Source of the DNA: Ignicoccus pacificus DSM 13166
Lineage (GTDB): Archaea; Thermoproteota; Thermoprotei_A; Sulfolobales; Ignicoccaceae
Assembly: GCA_025340205.1 (NCBI GenBank)
Contig: CP006868.1
Coordinates: 1,500,001 to 1,532,000, forward strand
Length of the DNA: 32,000 nucleotides
Reading direction: 5' to 3'
In this document: one piece after another, positions 12,575-23,358 of the stretch
How the letters are laid out: the number at the start of each line of letters is the position of its first letter
How positions within the stretch are numbered: position 1 is the first letter of the stretch
The notes under the pieces: generated by a model
Told to the model about the DNA's origin: nothing
What the model saw: only the letters and a program-made list of their open reading frames with translations
Databases searched by the model: none
Made by a program: the position numbers and the translations under genes

Positions 12575-14358
12575 GCACTAACTTCCTTCAAACACTCCTC
12601 AACGCTCGGGCCCTTTAATGGGGTCACCGAGCCCTCTACCTTCACCCACGCCCTCCCCTTGGTATCCTTGAAGAGGACTACCAGAAGTCCGTCTCCCTTT
12701 AGGTTCATGATGATCTCCTTCTCCCACTTCTCATTAATAGTCTTCCCATTGAAAATTACCTTTATCCCCTCGTCACTCTTTGCTACAACCCTCCCGGAGG
12801 CCTTGACGTAGCTACAGAGAGCTCCGCTGAAGCGGTCGGGATCTAAGCCGGGTCCGGGAGCCCAGTTCCAGAAGGAGCCCAAGTGGTCGCTGTAGTAAGC
12901 GTAGACCACTTTCCCCTTGAACCTTAAATTCTTGAAGAAGATGAATAGTACTTTGAACTGCGTCTCGTTCCAAGGTATTAGTTGCTTTACCATCCCTACC
13001 TTATCTCTCATTACGTAAACTATTATGTCATCGAAGTTAGTTATGGGAACGTAGAGCCTGTTGAAGAGTCTCCATCCGACCAAGCTAGCCGTGAGAACTA
13101 TAGCCCTCTTCCCGTCGAGCTGACCATCTTGGACTATGACCCAAGGAGGATAGGTTCCGGAGTAGAGGGTGCCAAGCCTATCGGCCATGTGGGTGAAGGC
13201 TCTGTCGGAGACCAATATGGGGAACTCCTCGGGAAGGGTCCTCATCTTCTCTAATAGGAGCTGTAAGTTGTGGTAGTGAGGGGAGGGAGAGGGCCAGGGG
13301 TAGAACTTGCTGAGTCCGGCAGCGCTAGGATATATCTCATTAAGGAGAGGCCTGAAGGCTCCGTTCAAGCTCAAAGGAGTTGGATCATAAACGATCATAA
13401 ATAGAAGAGTTAACGTTAAGATTATGTATGCTATGCTTCTCTCAGCAATTTTCTTCTTCAACTTCGATAGTCCTAAGGTCGCTCCAAAGTAGGTCAAGGG
13501 TAAGAGCATGTAGGGGTACTGAAAGCCGTAGGCGTAGTAGCTCCTTATTGGATACGCTATTAGCTCTCCTAAGGGAATCAAGTAAAGGAGGATTCCTTCT
13601 ATTGTAAGAAGGTTGACGTACGCTATGGGAAGGGGAAAGCTCAAGGAGTAGGCGAGCTTCTGAAGGTAACAGCAAGTTAAGCTTTCCAGGGTAAGAGTCT
13701 TCTTCTTTATGAACAAGTACTTACCTATTGGACTAAAGTGCGGTATTATTACGTTTATCGAAACGTATATCCATAGCGCTCCCATAATTAACAAGGCGAT
13801 GGCTCTTCTTAACCTCTTCTTTAATATATAGTACATACCCAAAGCTATCAACGCTATTCCAGCGTCTTCCTTAACGGTTAAGGATAGCAACGCCAGTAAG
13901 GGCCAGAAGGGGCTATCCTTTTCTAATAAGTAGATGGTGGCGGCTATGAGCAAGGGTCCTAAGGAGACCGGGTGGAAGTCGAAGGCGTTTATTCCATGGG
14001 TAGCGGGGTGAAGCAAATACGATATAGCTAGGACCAAGGCCAAGGTCTTTCCTATCTTCTCCTTTGAGAACATGTAGATGAAGGCTGAGGCTAGAGCTAA
14101 GGCGAAGGATTGAAGTATTAGCAAAGTCCTCGGATTAGGGAACAGCTTGTAGATCAGGCCGACGAGGAATAGTATTGGCTGATTATGAACCGCGAAGTGA
14201 GAGGCTCCTCCGAACTCCACGTTGTTCCAGAGGAGCAAGTTGTGCTCAGCAAAGGTGGCGGTCGATTGAGTGAATATTCCCATGTCGAACGCTCCCATTT
14301 GGAAGCGATCGAACCTGACCACGCTGTAGAGGCTGAACCAAGCGACGTAGAGCACCAT
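12553..14358 (-). CDS. DUF2079 family polytopic membrane protein
   Basis: 601-aa ORF; multiple TM segments, 'FDMGIFTQS', 'HFAVHNQPILFLVGLIYKLFP', 'HGINAFDFHPVSLGPLLI' and 'KEDAGIALIALG' motifs. Confidence 0.82.
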   Translation of the reverse strand: MVLYVAWFSLYSVVRFDRFQMGAFDMGIFTQSTATFAEHNLLLWNNVEFGGASHFAVHNQPILFLVGLIYKLFPNPRTLLILQSFALALASAFIYMFSKEKIGKTLALVLAISYLLHPATHGINAFDFHPVSLGPLLIAATIYLLEKDSPFWPLLALLSLTVKEDAGIALIALGMYYILKKRLRRAIALLIMGALWIYVSINVIIPHFSPIGKYLFIKKKTLTLESLTCCYLQKLAYSLSFPLPIAYVNLLTIEGILLYLIPLGELIAYPIRSYYAYGFQYPYMLLPLTYFGATLGLSKLKKKIAERSIAYIILTLTLLFMIVYDPTPLSLNGAFRPLLNEIYPSAAGLSKFYPWPSPSPHYHNLQLLLEKMRTLPEEFPILVSDRAFTHMADRLGTLYSGTYPPWVIVQDGQLDGKRAIVLTASLVGWRLFNRLYVPITNFDDIIVYVMRDKVGMVKQLIPWNETQFKVLFIFFKNLRFKGKVVYAYYSDHLGSFWNWAPGPGLDPDRFSGALCSYVKASGRVVAKSDEGIKVIFNGKTINEKWEKEIIMNLKGDGLLVVLFKDTKGRAWVKVEGSVTPLKGPSVEECLKEVSAHLSLKR

Positions 14359-14457
14359 GGCTAGTATCAGAACGAGCTCCTCCTTCCCTATCTTCGGTTC
14401 AGAAAAGGAACTCCCTCTCTGAATACTCCCTACCTAGAGGGGAAGGCGGTCAAAGGA

Positions 14458-15246
14458 TTGAAGTACGCTATCGTTGGAGGTTGGGGGTACTTAGGGGTCA
14501 ACTTGGTGGATCTCCTGAACTCTTGCATAATTACCAGGAGGAGCTCGGCAAAGAGAAGGCCTTTCTTGAAAAAGTACTTCGAGGATAAGGAGGTCTATTT
14601 CGTCGATGACATAGGCGAGATAGGAGGGGCTTTGGAGGACTGCGGGGCGGACGTCCTGGTTTACGCCGTCGGAAAGCTAAAGGGAAGCGAGGAGGAAATG
14701 AGGGAAGCTCACGTTACCAAAGCATTAGAGGCGTTAAAAGCGGCTAAGGAGCTAGGATTGAAATACGTTTACATAAGCTCAGTAGCTGCAATGGGAATAG
14801 CTGAGAGGTGTTCAAAGAACTTGATTATTAGCGAGGAGGAAGAGCACTTGAAGGGGTGCGAGCCCGCCGGGCCTTACTCGAAGACGAAGATGGAAGGGGA
14901 GAGGGCTCTCCTTAAGGAGGATCCGTCAATAGGCATAGTAAGGCCTGCCCTCATATGGGGAGACAAGTACTACCATATAGAACAGAAGCTCCTAAGGATC
15001 GCTAAGAAGTACCGGATACCTTGGTTCAACGTGAGCGTGAGCACCATACCGTGCATCGCTAGGGGAATAGAAGAGTCGTTGAGGGGAGGGTGGTACCTCA
15101 CCGTGGATACGGACCTCAAGGGAGTGGGGATAAGGGCGCTTGATTGGAGACCTTCCTACTCTTTAATAAAGAAAGTTCCGGGTGACCTAAAGATGATGCT
15201 CTCCTCATTCCGCTATCGCTACCGTTCGAGGAATCTCAAGTGCTGA
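14458..15246 (+). CDS. NAD-dependent epimerase/dehydratase (SDR) family protein
   Basis: 262-aa ORF; N-terminal VGGWGYLGVNLV nucleotide-binding motif, VSSVAAMG, GPYSKTKMEGE (YxxxK) motif. Confidence 0.82.
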   Translation: MKYAIVGGWGYLGVNLVDLLNSCIITRRSSAKRRPFLKKYFEDKEVYFVDDIGEIGGALEDCGADVLVYAVGKLKGSEEEMREAHVTKALEALKAAKELGLKYVYISSVAAMGIAERCSKNLIISEEEEHLKGCEPAGPYSKTKMEGERALLKEDPSIGIVRPALIWGDKYYHIEQKLLRIAKKYRIPWFNVSVSTIPCIARGIEESLRGGWYLTVDTDLKGVGIRALDWRPSYSLIKKVPGDLKMMLSSFRYRYRSRNLKC

Positions 15247-16705
15247 GCTTCGTGTTGTGAATACCCCTTCCCTCCACCCTTATCTTCGCGTAAGTCCTCA
15301 CCACCCCTCCTTCAACCTCTCTTAGGAGCTCATCTATCTTCTCGAAGATCGCCGCTAGCTGGAAGACGTAATAGGTCACGTCGCTCGCCTTCTGAGTGCT
15401 GAGCTCGTAGCTCCTCCGGATCCATATAAGCGGGGCTATCTTGGCCAAGGGGGTTCTCTTCCACGTCTCCTTTATCCCGAAGTCCTCCGTGACCAAGTAA
15501 CTGTTCTCTAAAACTAAAGCGTCCAGCTGGAGGAAGGCCTTGTCACAGAGGTCCGGAGGACTGGGGTGCTCGAGCTTCAAGGCTGATACTTCATCCGCTA
15601 GCACCCAAGCGAGCTGGCCTACTAGGTCGTACTTGTTCCTAGACCTCTTTACGGCTTCCGTGTACTTGTGAACGAGCTCGTAGACGGCACATCTAGGAAC
15701 CTTGACGTTGAAGCCTTTATGGTAATAATTCAAGAATCCCAAGAATATTGCAGATGAGTCCAGTATCAAGGCCTTGTCATCCCTCTTCAGCTCGAAGCTT
15801 CTTCCCTCCATCTCCAGTTCCATTCCTAAGAGCCCTGAGGTCCAGAAGACGCTCTTGAATCCCTCCAAGTTCAAGTTATAATTGCTTAGGACGTTATCCA
15901 AGTTGCTCATAACCTTTAACGCCTTACTGACCTCCCTTCCTATCCCACCTAAATCTTTCTTACTCATTATATCATCATTTGATATCTTTAAGTTGAAGTT
16001 TGCTATTTTACACTCGTAGAACTCCTTCCCCCATCTGCTCTCCTCCTTACAATGATTGATGTTCGAGTAGATCCTCTTGTCCTTCAATATCCTTATCCCT
16101 ACCTCCACGTCCACTTCAACGGGCTCGCACCTCTCTCCCTTACCCGAATAACATCTTTCCTTTACGTTTGCATTAACCTTCTTTATTAGCTCTCCCACCT
16201 TTTCCTTTAGATGACCCTTGCCTCTCTTCCCTTCCGCCCTTACAGCGACGTTCCTCATATCTTGGGGGAACTCGACCTCGTAGGCCACGACCTTTTGGTA
16301 CTGCCTAGGCACGTATGGGAACGTCATCCCACTCCACATGCCGTATGGGAAGGTGATGTGGATGAGGCGATCAAAGGCCTTGGAAGCGGCGGCTGCTGTG
16401 CTGGAGCCGGCTGAGGATATTATCGCCGTGTCTACCCCAAAGCCCTCCTTGGCCCTCTTGAATTCTTCTATTCTGTCGCTGAGAGGTGAGGGATCCCCTA
16501 AGACTTCCTTCATCACCTCTACCTTGTCTCCCAACGTCTTCTCGAGCAGTTCCTTTATCCTCTCAGCGTTATCCTTTCCGTTAGGAGTGTATAGTAATAC
16601 AAAGTCCTTAGCATTGAGGTTGAGCTCCTCTGCGACCCTCAAGGTAGAAGATATCGCTGAGTTCAGGTTGGTAGGGCCCCCGCTGATTATCACTGCAACC
16701 TTCAA
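15236..16705 (-). CDS. Rossmann/CARF-like domain fused to C-terminal PIN nuclease domain
   Basis: 489-aa ORF. N-terminus MKVAVIISGGPTNLNSAISSTLRVAEELN...DTAIISSAGSSTAAAASKAF resembles a CARF/Rossmann-like sensor. C-terminal residues ~310-430 carry PIN motifs: ALILDSSAIFLGFL (D316), VPRCAVYELVHKY (E343), LQLDALVLENSYLVTEDFGIKE (D395, D408). Confidence 0.7.
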   Translation of the reverse strand: MKVAVIISGGPTNLNSAISSTLRVAEELNLNAKDFVLLYTPNGKDNAERIKELLEKTLGDKVEVMKEVLGDPSPLSDRIEEFKRAKEGFGVDTAIISSAGSSTAAAASKAFDRLIHITFPYGMWSGMTFPYVPRQYQKVVAYEVEFPQDMRNVAVRAEGKRGKGHLKEKVGELIKKVNANVKERCYSGKGERCEPVEVDVEVGIRILKDKRIYSNINHCKEESRWGKEFYECKIANFNLKISNDDIMSKKDLGGIGREVSKALKVMSNLDNVLSNYNLNLEGFKSVFWTSGLLGMELEMEGRSFELKRDDKALILDSSAIFLGFLNYYHKGFNVKVPRCAVYELVHKYTEAVKRSRNKYDLVGQLAWVLADEVSALKLEHPSPPDLCDKAFLQLDALVLENSYLVTEDFGIKETWKRTPLAKIAPLIWIRRSYELSTQKASDVTYYVFQLAAIFEKIDELLREVEGGVVRTYAKIRVEGRGIHNTKLST

Positions 16706-16803
16706 GGCTCTAACTCCCTCTTCTCCTCGACACTCAACGTTGAAATGTCAAGCATCTCCAAAGTTCACATAAGCTGAAATGGTATGCCTCAAAGGTGTAC
16801 CTC

Positions 16804-17053
16804 ATGACCTCCAGAGCGGTTACAGTCAAAGTCGATGAGAAGATGATTGAGTTTGCAGAGGAAGTGGTTAAGCTAGGCTTGGCTAAGAGTAGGAACCAAG
16901 CCCTAGTAAAGATGTTGAATTTTGGGAGTGGAGATCTTGAAGGAAGAGGTGGAGAGAAGGAGGAAGGTTAAGGAACTGGTGGAGAGGTTCAAGAAGGAGG
17001 GGGTGCCCTACCCCCTCCCGAGGATCGAAGACGTGGAGACGGGGAGGGAATGA
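16804..17053 (+). pseudogene. VapB-like ribbon-helix-helix antitoxin, interrupted by a +1 frameshift near 16927
   Basis: Frame 1: MTSRAVTVKVDEKMIEFAEEVVKLGLAKSRNQALVKMLNFG; frame shifted by one base: VEILKEEVERRRKVKELVERFKKEGVPYPLPRIEDVETGRE*. Stop TGA (17051-17053) overlaps the downstream ATG (17050-17052). Confidence 0.62.
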
Positions 17054-17461
17054 CTTACTTGGACACTAACGTAATAGTTTCTTACATCAACCCCGAGGAC
17101 CTCCTTACATGGTAGAGCCGTCACCCTCGTCTCATCCCTTAAGAGGAGGTACGCATCGAAGCTGGTCAAGCCTGAGCCCTACTCCGTCTTCTCGAGGATA
17201 TCTGGCGTTAGGGAATTGGAACTGGAGGCCTTGGTGGAGTACAGCATGGAGGAAGTGGGAGCGGAGCTGAAGGAGACGGACGTTAACGAAGCGATAATGA
17301 GAGTTATGAGGTACTCTGGCGACTTAAAGCTAAAGACCTTGGATCTCCTTCACGATATCTTGTCCTCGATGATAGACGAGTCAATAGTTATGTTCAACAA
17401 GGACATATTGAAGAAGAGGAGATTCGTTGAAGAGTTGCTTGGGATACAAGTAGTAAGGTAA
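17050..17461 (+). pseudogene. VapC-like PIN-domain toxin, interrupted by a +1 frameshift near 17107
   Basis: Frame 1: MTYLDTNVIVSYINPEDLL(TW*); frame shifted by one base: HGRAVTLVSSLKRRYASKLVKPEPYSVFSRISGVRELELEALVEYSM...DESIVMFNKDILKKRRFVEELLGIQVVR*. YLDTNVIVSYINPEDxxHGRA is a PIN N-terminus. Confidence 0.68.
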
Positions 17462-17540
17462 GTACATCGTTTTTCATTTTCATTGTAAGCGGAGGAATTG
17501 ACCGAACCTTCATCGATCAGATGTAGGATCGAGGAGTGTG

Positions 17541-17606
17541 AGGGGCCGTGTCCGCCGACAAGGCGGGGAGGAATGCGCCTCTCGCTATGCGGGCCCCTCC
17601 GGCCCC
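17541..17606 (-). repeat. 3' arm of the 16S pre-rRNA processing stem
   Basis: aggggccgtgtccgccgacaaggcggggaggaatgcgcctctcgctatgcgggcccctccggcc pairs with about 19091..19156 on the same transcript. Confidence 0.85.
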
Positions 17607-17630
17607 TACCCCGGAGGACCGCTTGCTATT

Positions 17631-19066
<1,436 letters not shown>

Positions 19067-19090
19067 CGCGGCCGCAAGGGCCGGCGGGGG

Positions 19091-19156
19091 CGGGAGGCCG
19101 GAGGGACCCGCTTTTAGCGGGCGCTTCCTCCCGCCTTGTCGGCGGACACGGCCCCT
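19091..19156 (-). repeat. 5' arm of the 16S pre-rRNA processing stem
   Basis: Reverse complement (GGGGCCGTGTCCGCCGACAAGGCGGGAGGAAGCGCCCGCTAAAAGCGGGTCCCTCCGGCC) pairs with the 17541..17606 arm. Confidence 0.85.
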
Positions 19157-19205
19157 GTCGGTCCGGGCCTCTGCCCGGACCCCATTCGTCTCGGTAATCG
19201 TGCTT

Positions 19206-19288
19206 CGCTCCCGGGCCCGCCCCGCCGGGTTCTCCCCGGCCCCGGGCGGCGCCCTCCGTGTCTCCCCTAGGGGGGTGGGGATAATAAA
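19206..19288 (-). promoter_or_regulatory. 16S rRNA core promoter and leader; copy 2 of the exact 83-bp repeat
   Basis: Identical to 11581..11663; identity begins at TTTATTATC (TATA-like) reading along the minus strand, about 220 bp upstream of the 16S 5' end. Confidence 0.82.
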
Positions 19289-19483
19289 TTTTACGCCCCG
19301 ATGAGACCGGGCGATTAAACTTTCTAAACTGTCCCTTTCCTCAATTGCAAAATGTGAATAGAAAACGGAGTCTACTAATTTCAGTATTACAACGCTGAGG
19401 GAACGATCCCTTTTGGATTGGTTGACGTGGATCGCTGAGGTCACATATTTACTCTACCGACTCTCCACCGTGGGGACCCATCG

Positions 19484-22400
19484 GTGCAGAGGGAGTTCAT
19501 CAGTTACCTCAACGAGATATCTAAGAAGTGGAGGAAGAAGTGGGAGGAGGCAAAGCTGTTTGAAGCGGAGGTGAGCGATAAGCCCAAGTTCTTCATTACA
19601 GCAGCCTTCCCCTATCCCAACAGTCCGATGCACCTAGGCCATTCAAGGACCTATAGCATAACTGACGCTTATGCTAGATTTAAGAGAATGCAAGGGTTCA
19701 ACGTGCTCTTCCCAATGGGCTTCCACTACACGGGAACTCCAATTATTGCAATGGCAGAGAAGGTGAAAATAGCTAATGAAATATTGGAAAAGGTAAAGGA
19801 GAAGGAAGATCCGGTGGCATTCCTCAGAGCTGTCTGGGAGAGCGCTAGGGCTTGTAGCAAGGAGACCGGGAGGAAGCTGGGAGACTGTTTCGAGGAGGCT
19901 CTCAACTCCCAACTCGAGAGGCTAGGACTGGGAAAGGTCAGCAAGACCCAAGCGGAAGCTGTAATGCAGACAGCTCTCTTCCTCTTCATGTTCGACTTAC
20001 CCTACGAAGACATAGTCAAGCTAACCGATCCTCTAGCTATGGCGGATTACTTCGCTTCGATAACTGAGGAAAGCATGAAAGAAATGGGATATATGATAGA
20101 CTGGAGGAGGAAGTTCAGGACTATAGACCCTGACTTCCAGAAGTTCATAGTCTGGCAGTTCACGGTCCTCCAGAAGCTGGGATACGTGGAGAAGGGGACC
20201 CATCCGGTAGCTTGGGACCCCGTCTACAACACCCCGGTCAGCCAGCACGACACCATGGGGGACGTGGAACCGGAGATAGAGGACTACGACGTAATATTAT
20301 TCAAGCTCAAGGATGAAGACTTGTACTTACCTGCCGCCACCCTCAGGGCTGAGACCGTCTTCGGAGTTACTAACGTGTGGCTCAACCCTAATGTAGAGTA
20401 CAAGGTAGTAGAAGTGGAAGGAAAGAAGTGGCTCCTCAGTCCTAAGGCGGCTTACAAGATAAAGTACCAGAAGGACGAAGTTAAGGAAGTGGGAGTAGTT
20501 AAGGGCTCCGAGCTCTTGAAGAAGCTAGCTGTGAACCCGGCGACTGGGGATGAGGTGCCGATCTTACCAGCTACCTTCGTGGACCCCAACGTGGCTACCG
20601 GCGTAGTAATGAGCGTTCCGGCCCACGCTCCCTTCGACTACGTAGCATTAAAGGACCTGGAGAAGGATCCGGAGTACTCGGAGATGGTGAAGAACATAGA
20701 AATAATTCCAGTCATCGAAGTTCCAGGAATGGATGAACCGACGGCAGTCGCAATAGTGAAGAAGATGGGTATAAAGAGTCAAGAGGAAAAGGAGAAGCTC
20801 GAGGAGGCGACGAAGGAGGTCTACGCTTTAGAGTATAGAAAGGGGAGGATGAGGGAGGACGTCTTAGAGAGGGCCGAGAAGCTCGGAGGAAAGCCCTTAG
20901 TAGGAGCTCTGAAGGTCTTGATGGCGAAGAAGCCGGTTCCGGAAGCGAGAGAACTAACCGCTAACTGGCTGAGCGCGTTCGGAAGAGGAGACAAGTTCTA
21001 TGAAATAAAGAACGGACCCGTCTACTCTAGATTCGGAAATGAAGTAGTGGCCAAGATCCTCAAGGATCAGTGGTTCTTGAACTACGGAGATCCTCAGTGG
21101 AAGGCCTTGGCCAGGAAGCTCTTGGCCCAGATGAGGATTGTTCCTGAGAAGTTCCGCAAGGACTTCGAGGAAACGATAGAGTGGCTTCAGAGGAGGGCTT
21201 GCGCCAGGACTAGAGGCCTAGGGACTCCTCTGCCTTGGGATCCCAAGTGGATAATAGAGAGCTTGAGCGACTCCACGATATACATGGCATTCTACACGGT
21301 AGACCACATACTTAGGAGTGCCAAGGTTGATCCCGAAAAGCTTCAGCCCGAGGTGTGGGACTACATACTGCTCGGAAAGGGAGAGGTCGAGAAGATAGCC
21401 GAGAAGTACGGAATTGATGAGGAGGTCTTAGAGAAAGCCAGAGAGAGCTTCAGCTACTGGTACCCCCTCGACTCCAGGCACTCCGGAAAGGACCTAATAA
21501 AGAACCACTTGACGTTCTTCATATTCAACCACGCAGCGATATTCCCGGAGGACCTCTGGCCGAGGCAGATAGTGGTAAACGGTTTCGTGACCCTTCAAGG
21601 ACAGAAGATGAGCAAGAGCTTAGGGAACATAATACCGCTGTACAAGGCCACCAGGATATACTCTCCAGACGTCATAAGGCTGGGACTCCTCTACGGAGCC
21701 GAGCTAGGCAGCGATGCTGATTTTAATGAGCAAGTAGTCGACAGGATTCTCGAGAACTTGAAGGAGATAAAGGAAATAGTTGAGATGGTCAAGGAATTTG
21801 GCGAAGTAGAGAAGCCTCAGGAGCTTCACGTTCTAGACTCTTGGTTGCTAAGCAGCTTCATCCACGACGTGGACGAGGTAACGCAAGCGATGGAGGACCT
21901 GAGGACCAGAAGCGCTTCCAACACCATATACTTCATACTGCTGAACAAGATAAAGGAGTACTTGAAGGACGTAAAGGCCTCGGGAAGGGAAGACGATCAG
22001 AGCGTCAAGTGGGTGCTCAAGTACATAGTCGACAGGTGGGTAAGGATGATGGTGCCCTTCACTCCCTACTTCGCCGAGGAGATGTGGCACCTGCTGGGTC
22101 ATGAGGGCTTCGTGCTCAACGAACCATGGCCTATAGCTGAGAGGGAACTGGTGGACCTAATTGCTATAGCTAGCAAGGAGTACGTTGATACGCTAATAGA
22201 GGACATAAAGGAGATAATCAGGGTAGCTAAGATAGAGAATCCGAAAAGGGTTAGGATAGTTGTGGCTCCCAAGGAGGCTCAAGAGATGCTGAGGCTAGCG
22301 GTAAAGCTGGCCAAGGAGGGTAAGGGAATGAGAGAGTTCATGGCCGAAGGAGTAAAGATCTACGGGAAGAGGGCTGCTAAGGACTTGAAGAGGATATTCA

Positions 22401-22591
22401 GCCTCTACCAGTCCCTCAGCGAGAGCTTGAGGGAGGCGGTACTAACTGGAGAGTTCGACGAGAAAGAGGTCTTGGAGAAGTACAAGCAGTATCTACAGAG
22501 CAAGCTTGGTCTAGAGGTGGACGTAGAGGAGTACAAGCCTGAGGACAAGAAGAAGCCCATGCCGTTGAAGCCTGCGATATACGTGGAGTGA
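19484..22591 (+). CDS. leuS: Leucyl-tRNA synthetase
   Basis: 1035-aa ORF (GTG start) with FPYPNSPMHLGHSRTYSITDAYARFKRMQGFNVLFPMGFHYTGTPI, WLQRRACARTRGLGTPLPWDPKWIIESLSDSTIYMA and KMSKSLGN motifs. Confidence 0.96.
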   Translation: MQREFISYLNEISKKWRKKWEEAKLFEAEVSDKPKFFITAAFPYPNSPMHLGHSRTYSITDAYARFKRMQGFNVLFPMGFHYTGTPIIAMAEKVKIANEILEKVKEKEDPVAFLRAVWESARACSKETGRKLGDCFEEALNSQLERLGLGKVSKTQAEAVMQTALFLFMFDLPYEDIVKLTDPLAMADYFASITEESMKEMGYMIDWRRKFRTIDPDFQKFIVWQFTVLQKLGYVEKGTHPVAWDPVYNTPVSQHDTMGDVEPEIEDYDVILFKLKDEDLYLPAATLRAETVFGVTNVWLNPNVEYKVVEVEGKKWLLSPKAAYKIKYQKDEVKEVGVVKGSELLKKLAVNPATGDEVPILPATFVDPNVATGVVMSVPAHAPFDYVALKDLEKDPEYSEMVKNIEIIPVIEVPGMDEPTAVAIVKKMGIKSQEEKEKLEEATKEVYALEYRKGRMREDVLERAEKLGGKPLVGALKVLMAKKPVPEARELTANWLSAFGRGDKFYEIKNGPVYSRFGNEVVAKILKDQWFLNYGDPQWKALARKLLAQMRIVPEKFRKDFEETIEWLQRRACARTRGLGTPLPWDPKWIIESLSDSTIYMAFYTVDHILRSAKVDPEKLQPEVWDYILLGKGEVEKIAEKYGIDEEVLEKARESFSYWYPLDSRHSGKDLIKNHLTFFIFNHAAIFPEDLWPRQIVVNGFVTLQGQKMSKSLGNIIPLYKATRIYSPDVIRLGLLYGAELGSDADFNEQVVDRILENLKEIKEIVEMVKEFGEVEKPQELHVLDSWLLSSFIHDVDEVTQAMEDLRTRSASNTIYFILLNKIKEYLKDVKASGREDDQSVKWVLKYIVDRWVRMMVPFTPYFAEEMWHLLGHEGFVLNEPWPIAERELVDLIAIASKEYVDTLIEDIKEIIRVAKIENPKRVRIVVAPKEAQEMLRLAVKLAKEGKGMREFMAEGVKIYGKRAAKDLKRIFSLYQSLSESLREAVLTGEFDEKEVLEKYKQYLQSKLGLEVDVEEYKPEDKKKPMPLKPAIYVE

Positions 22592-22629
22592 CTTTTTCGC
22601 TCCCACGTGCCTCTAAACCGGTAAAGTCG

Positions 22630-23100
22630 ATGAGTAAGGGCGAGGCTCTCCTGCTCCTCCTCTCAATAGCCTTGGCCTTAGCGGTCTTGGCTTTAACTTA
22701 CGATCTTGACTCTTTGAGAAAGGACTACAACGCTATAAAGGAAGCGCTAAAGACCTTGACCGTAAGGTATGTCACTGTAACAAAATTGGTTACGAAGACA
22801 ACGGTTCCAGGCTACTGCTCTAACGTAAGCGTCTTGACTCCCGAAAACGGAGCCGTCACCTTAGTCACTCCACTTAGACCAGGGGAGAAGGTCACTGTCG
22901 TATGTAACGGAAATGGAACTTTGGCATTAGGTACCTACGTTTACGTATACCCAGTGGTTCAAACTACCACTACGTGGGCCGTGGGAAGTGCTGGGGACAT
23001 AATCTTTTGCAATGGAGAGTACGTGTTGATGAATACTTACAACAAAACTGAGACGTTCACAGTCGTCGCGGTCAGCGCGACGCTCACGATTAAGGGCTAG
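22630..23100 (+). CDS. Hypothetical membrane-anchored extracytoplasmic protein
   Basis: ORF 22588..23100; internal ATG (MSKGEALLLLLSIALALAVLALTYDLDSL) gives an N-terminal TM segment followed by a Thr/Val-rich domain. Confidence 0.5.
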   Translation: MSKGEALLLLLSIALALAVLALTYDLDSLRKDYNAIKEALKTLTVRYVTVTKLVTKTTVPGYCSNVSVLTPENGAVTLVTPLRPGEKVTVVCNGNGTLALGTYVYVYPVVQTTTTWAVGSAGDIIFCNGEYVLMNTYNKTETFTVVAVSATLTIKG

Positions 23101-23358
23101 AGGTCTCTCTCGACCGTCTCCCCGGGCCAAGGGCTATACTTCATTATTATGTTGTCTACCTCTGGGATTCCGAGCAAATCTTCAGTATTTACATTAACCG
23201 TAGGCTTTACTACCTCAGTCATCTCGTCTCCCAATAGCTTAGTAGAGCGTGGCAAAGCTAATAAAGGGGTGAGGAGTATAGTTTCGTATTCGTAAAATAG
23301 CGATAAGTTGAACACAGCTATAAGGGCGCCTTCAAGGGAGAGGGGGGCACAAGGTACC

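Noticed and set aside
19643-22104. Antisense and alternate-frame ORFs inside leuS
   Set aside because: Fully contained in a clear LeuRS coding frame and without recognisable domains.
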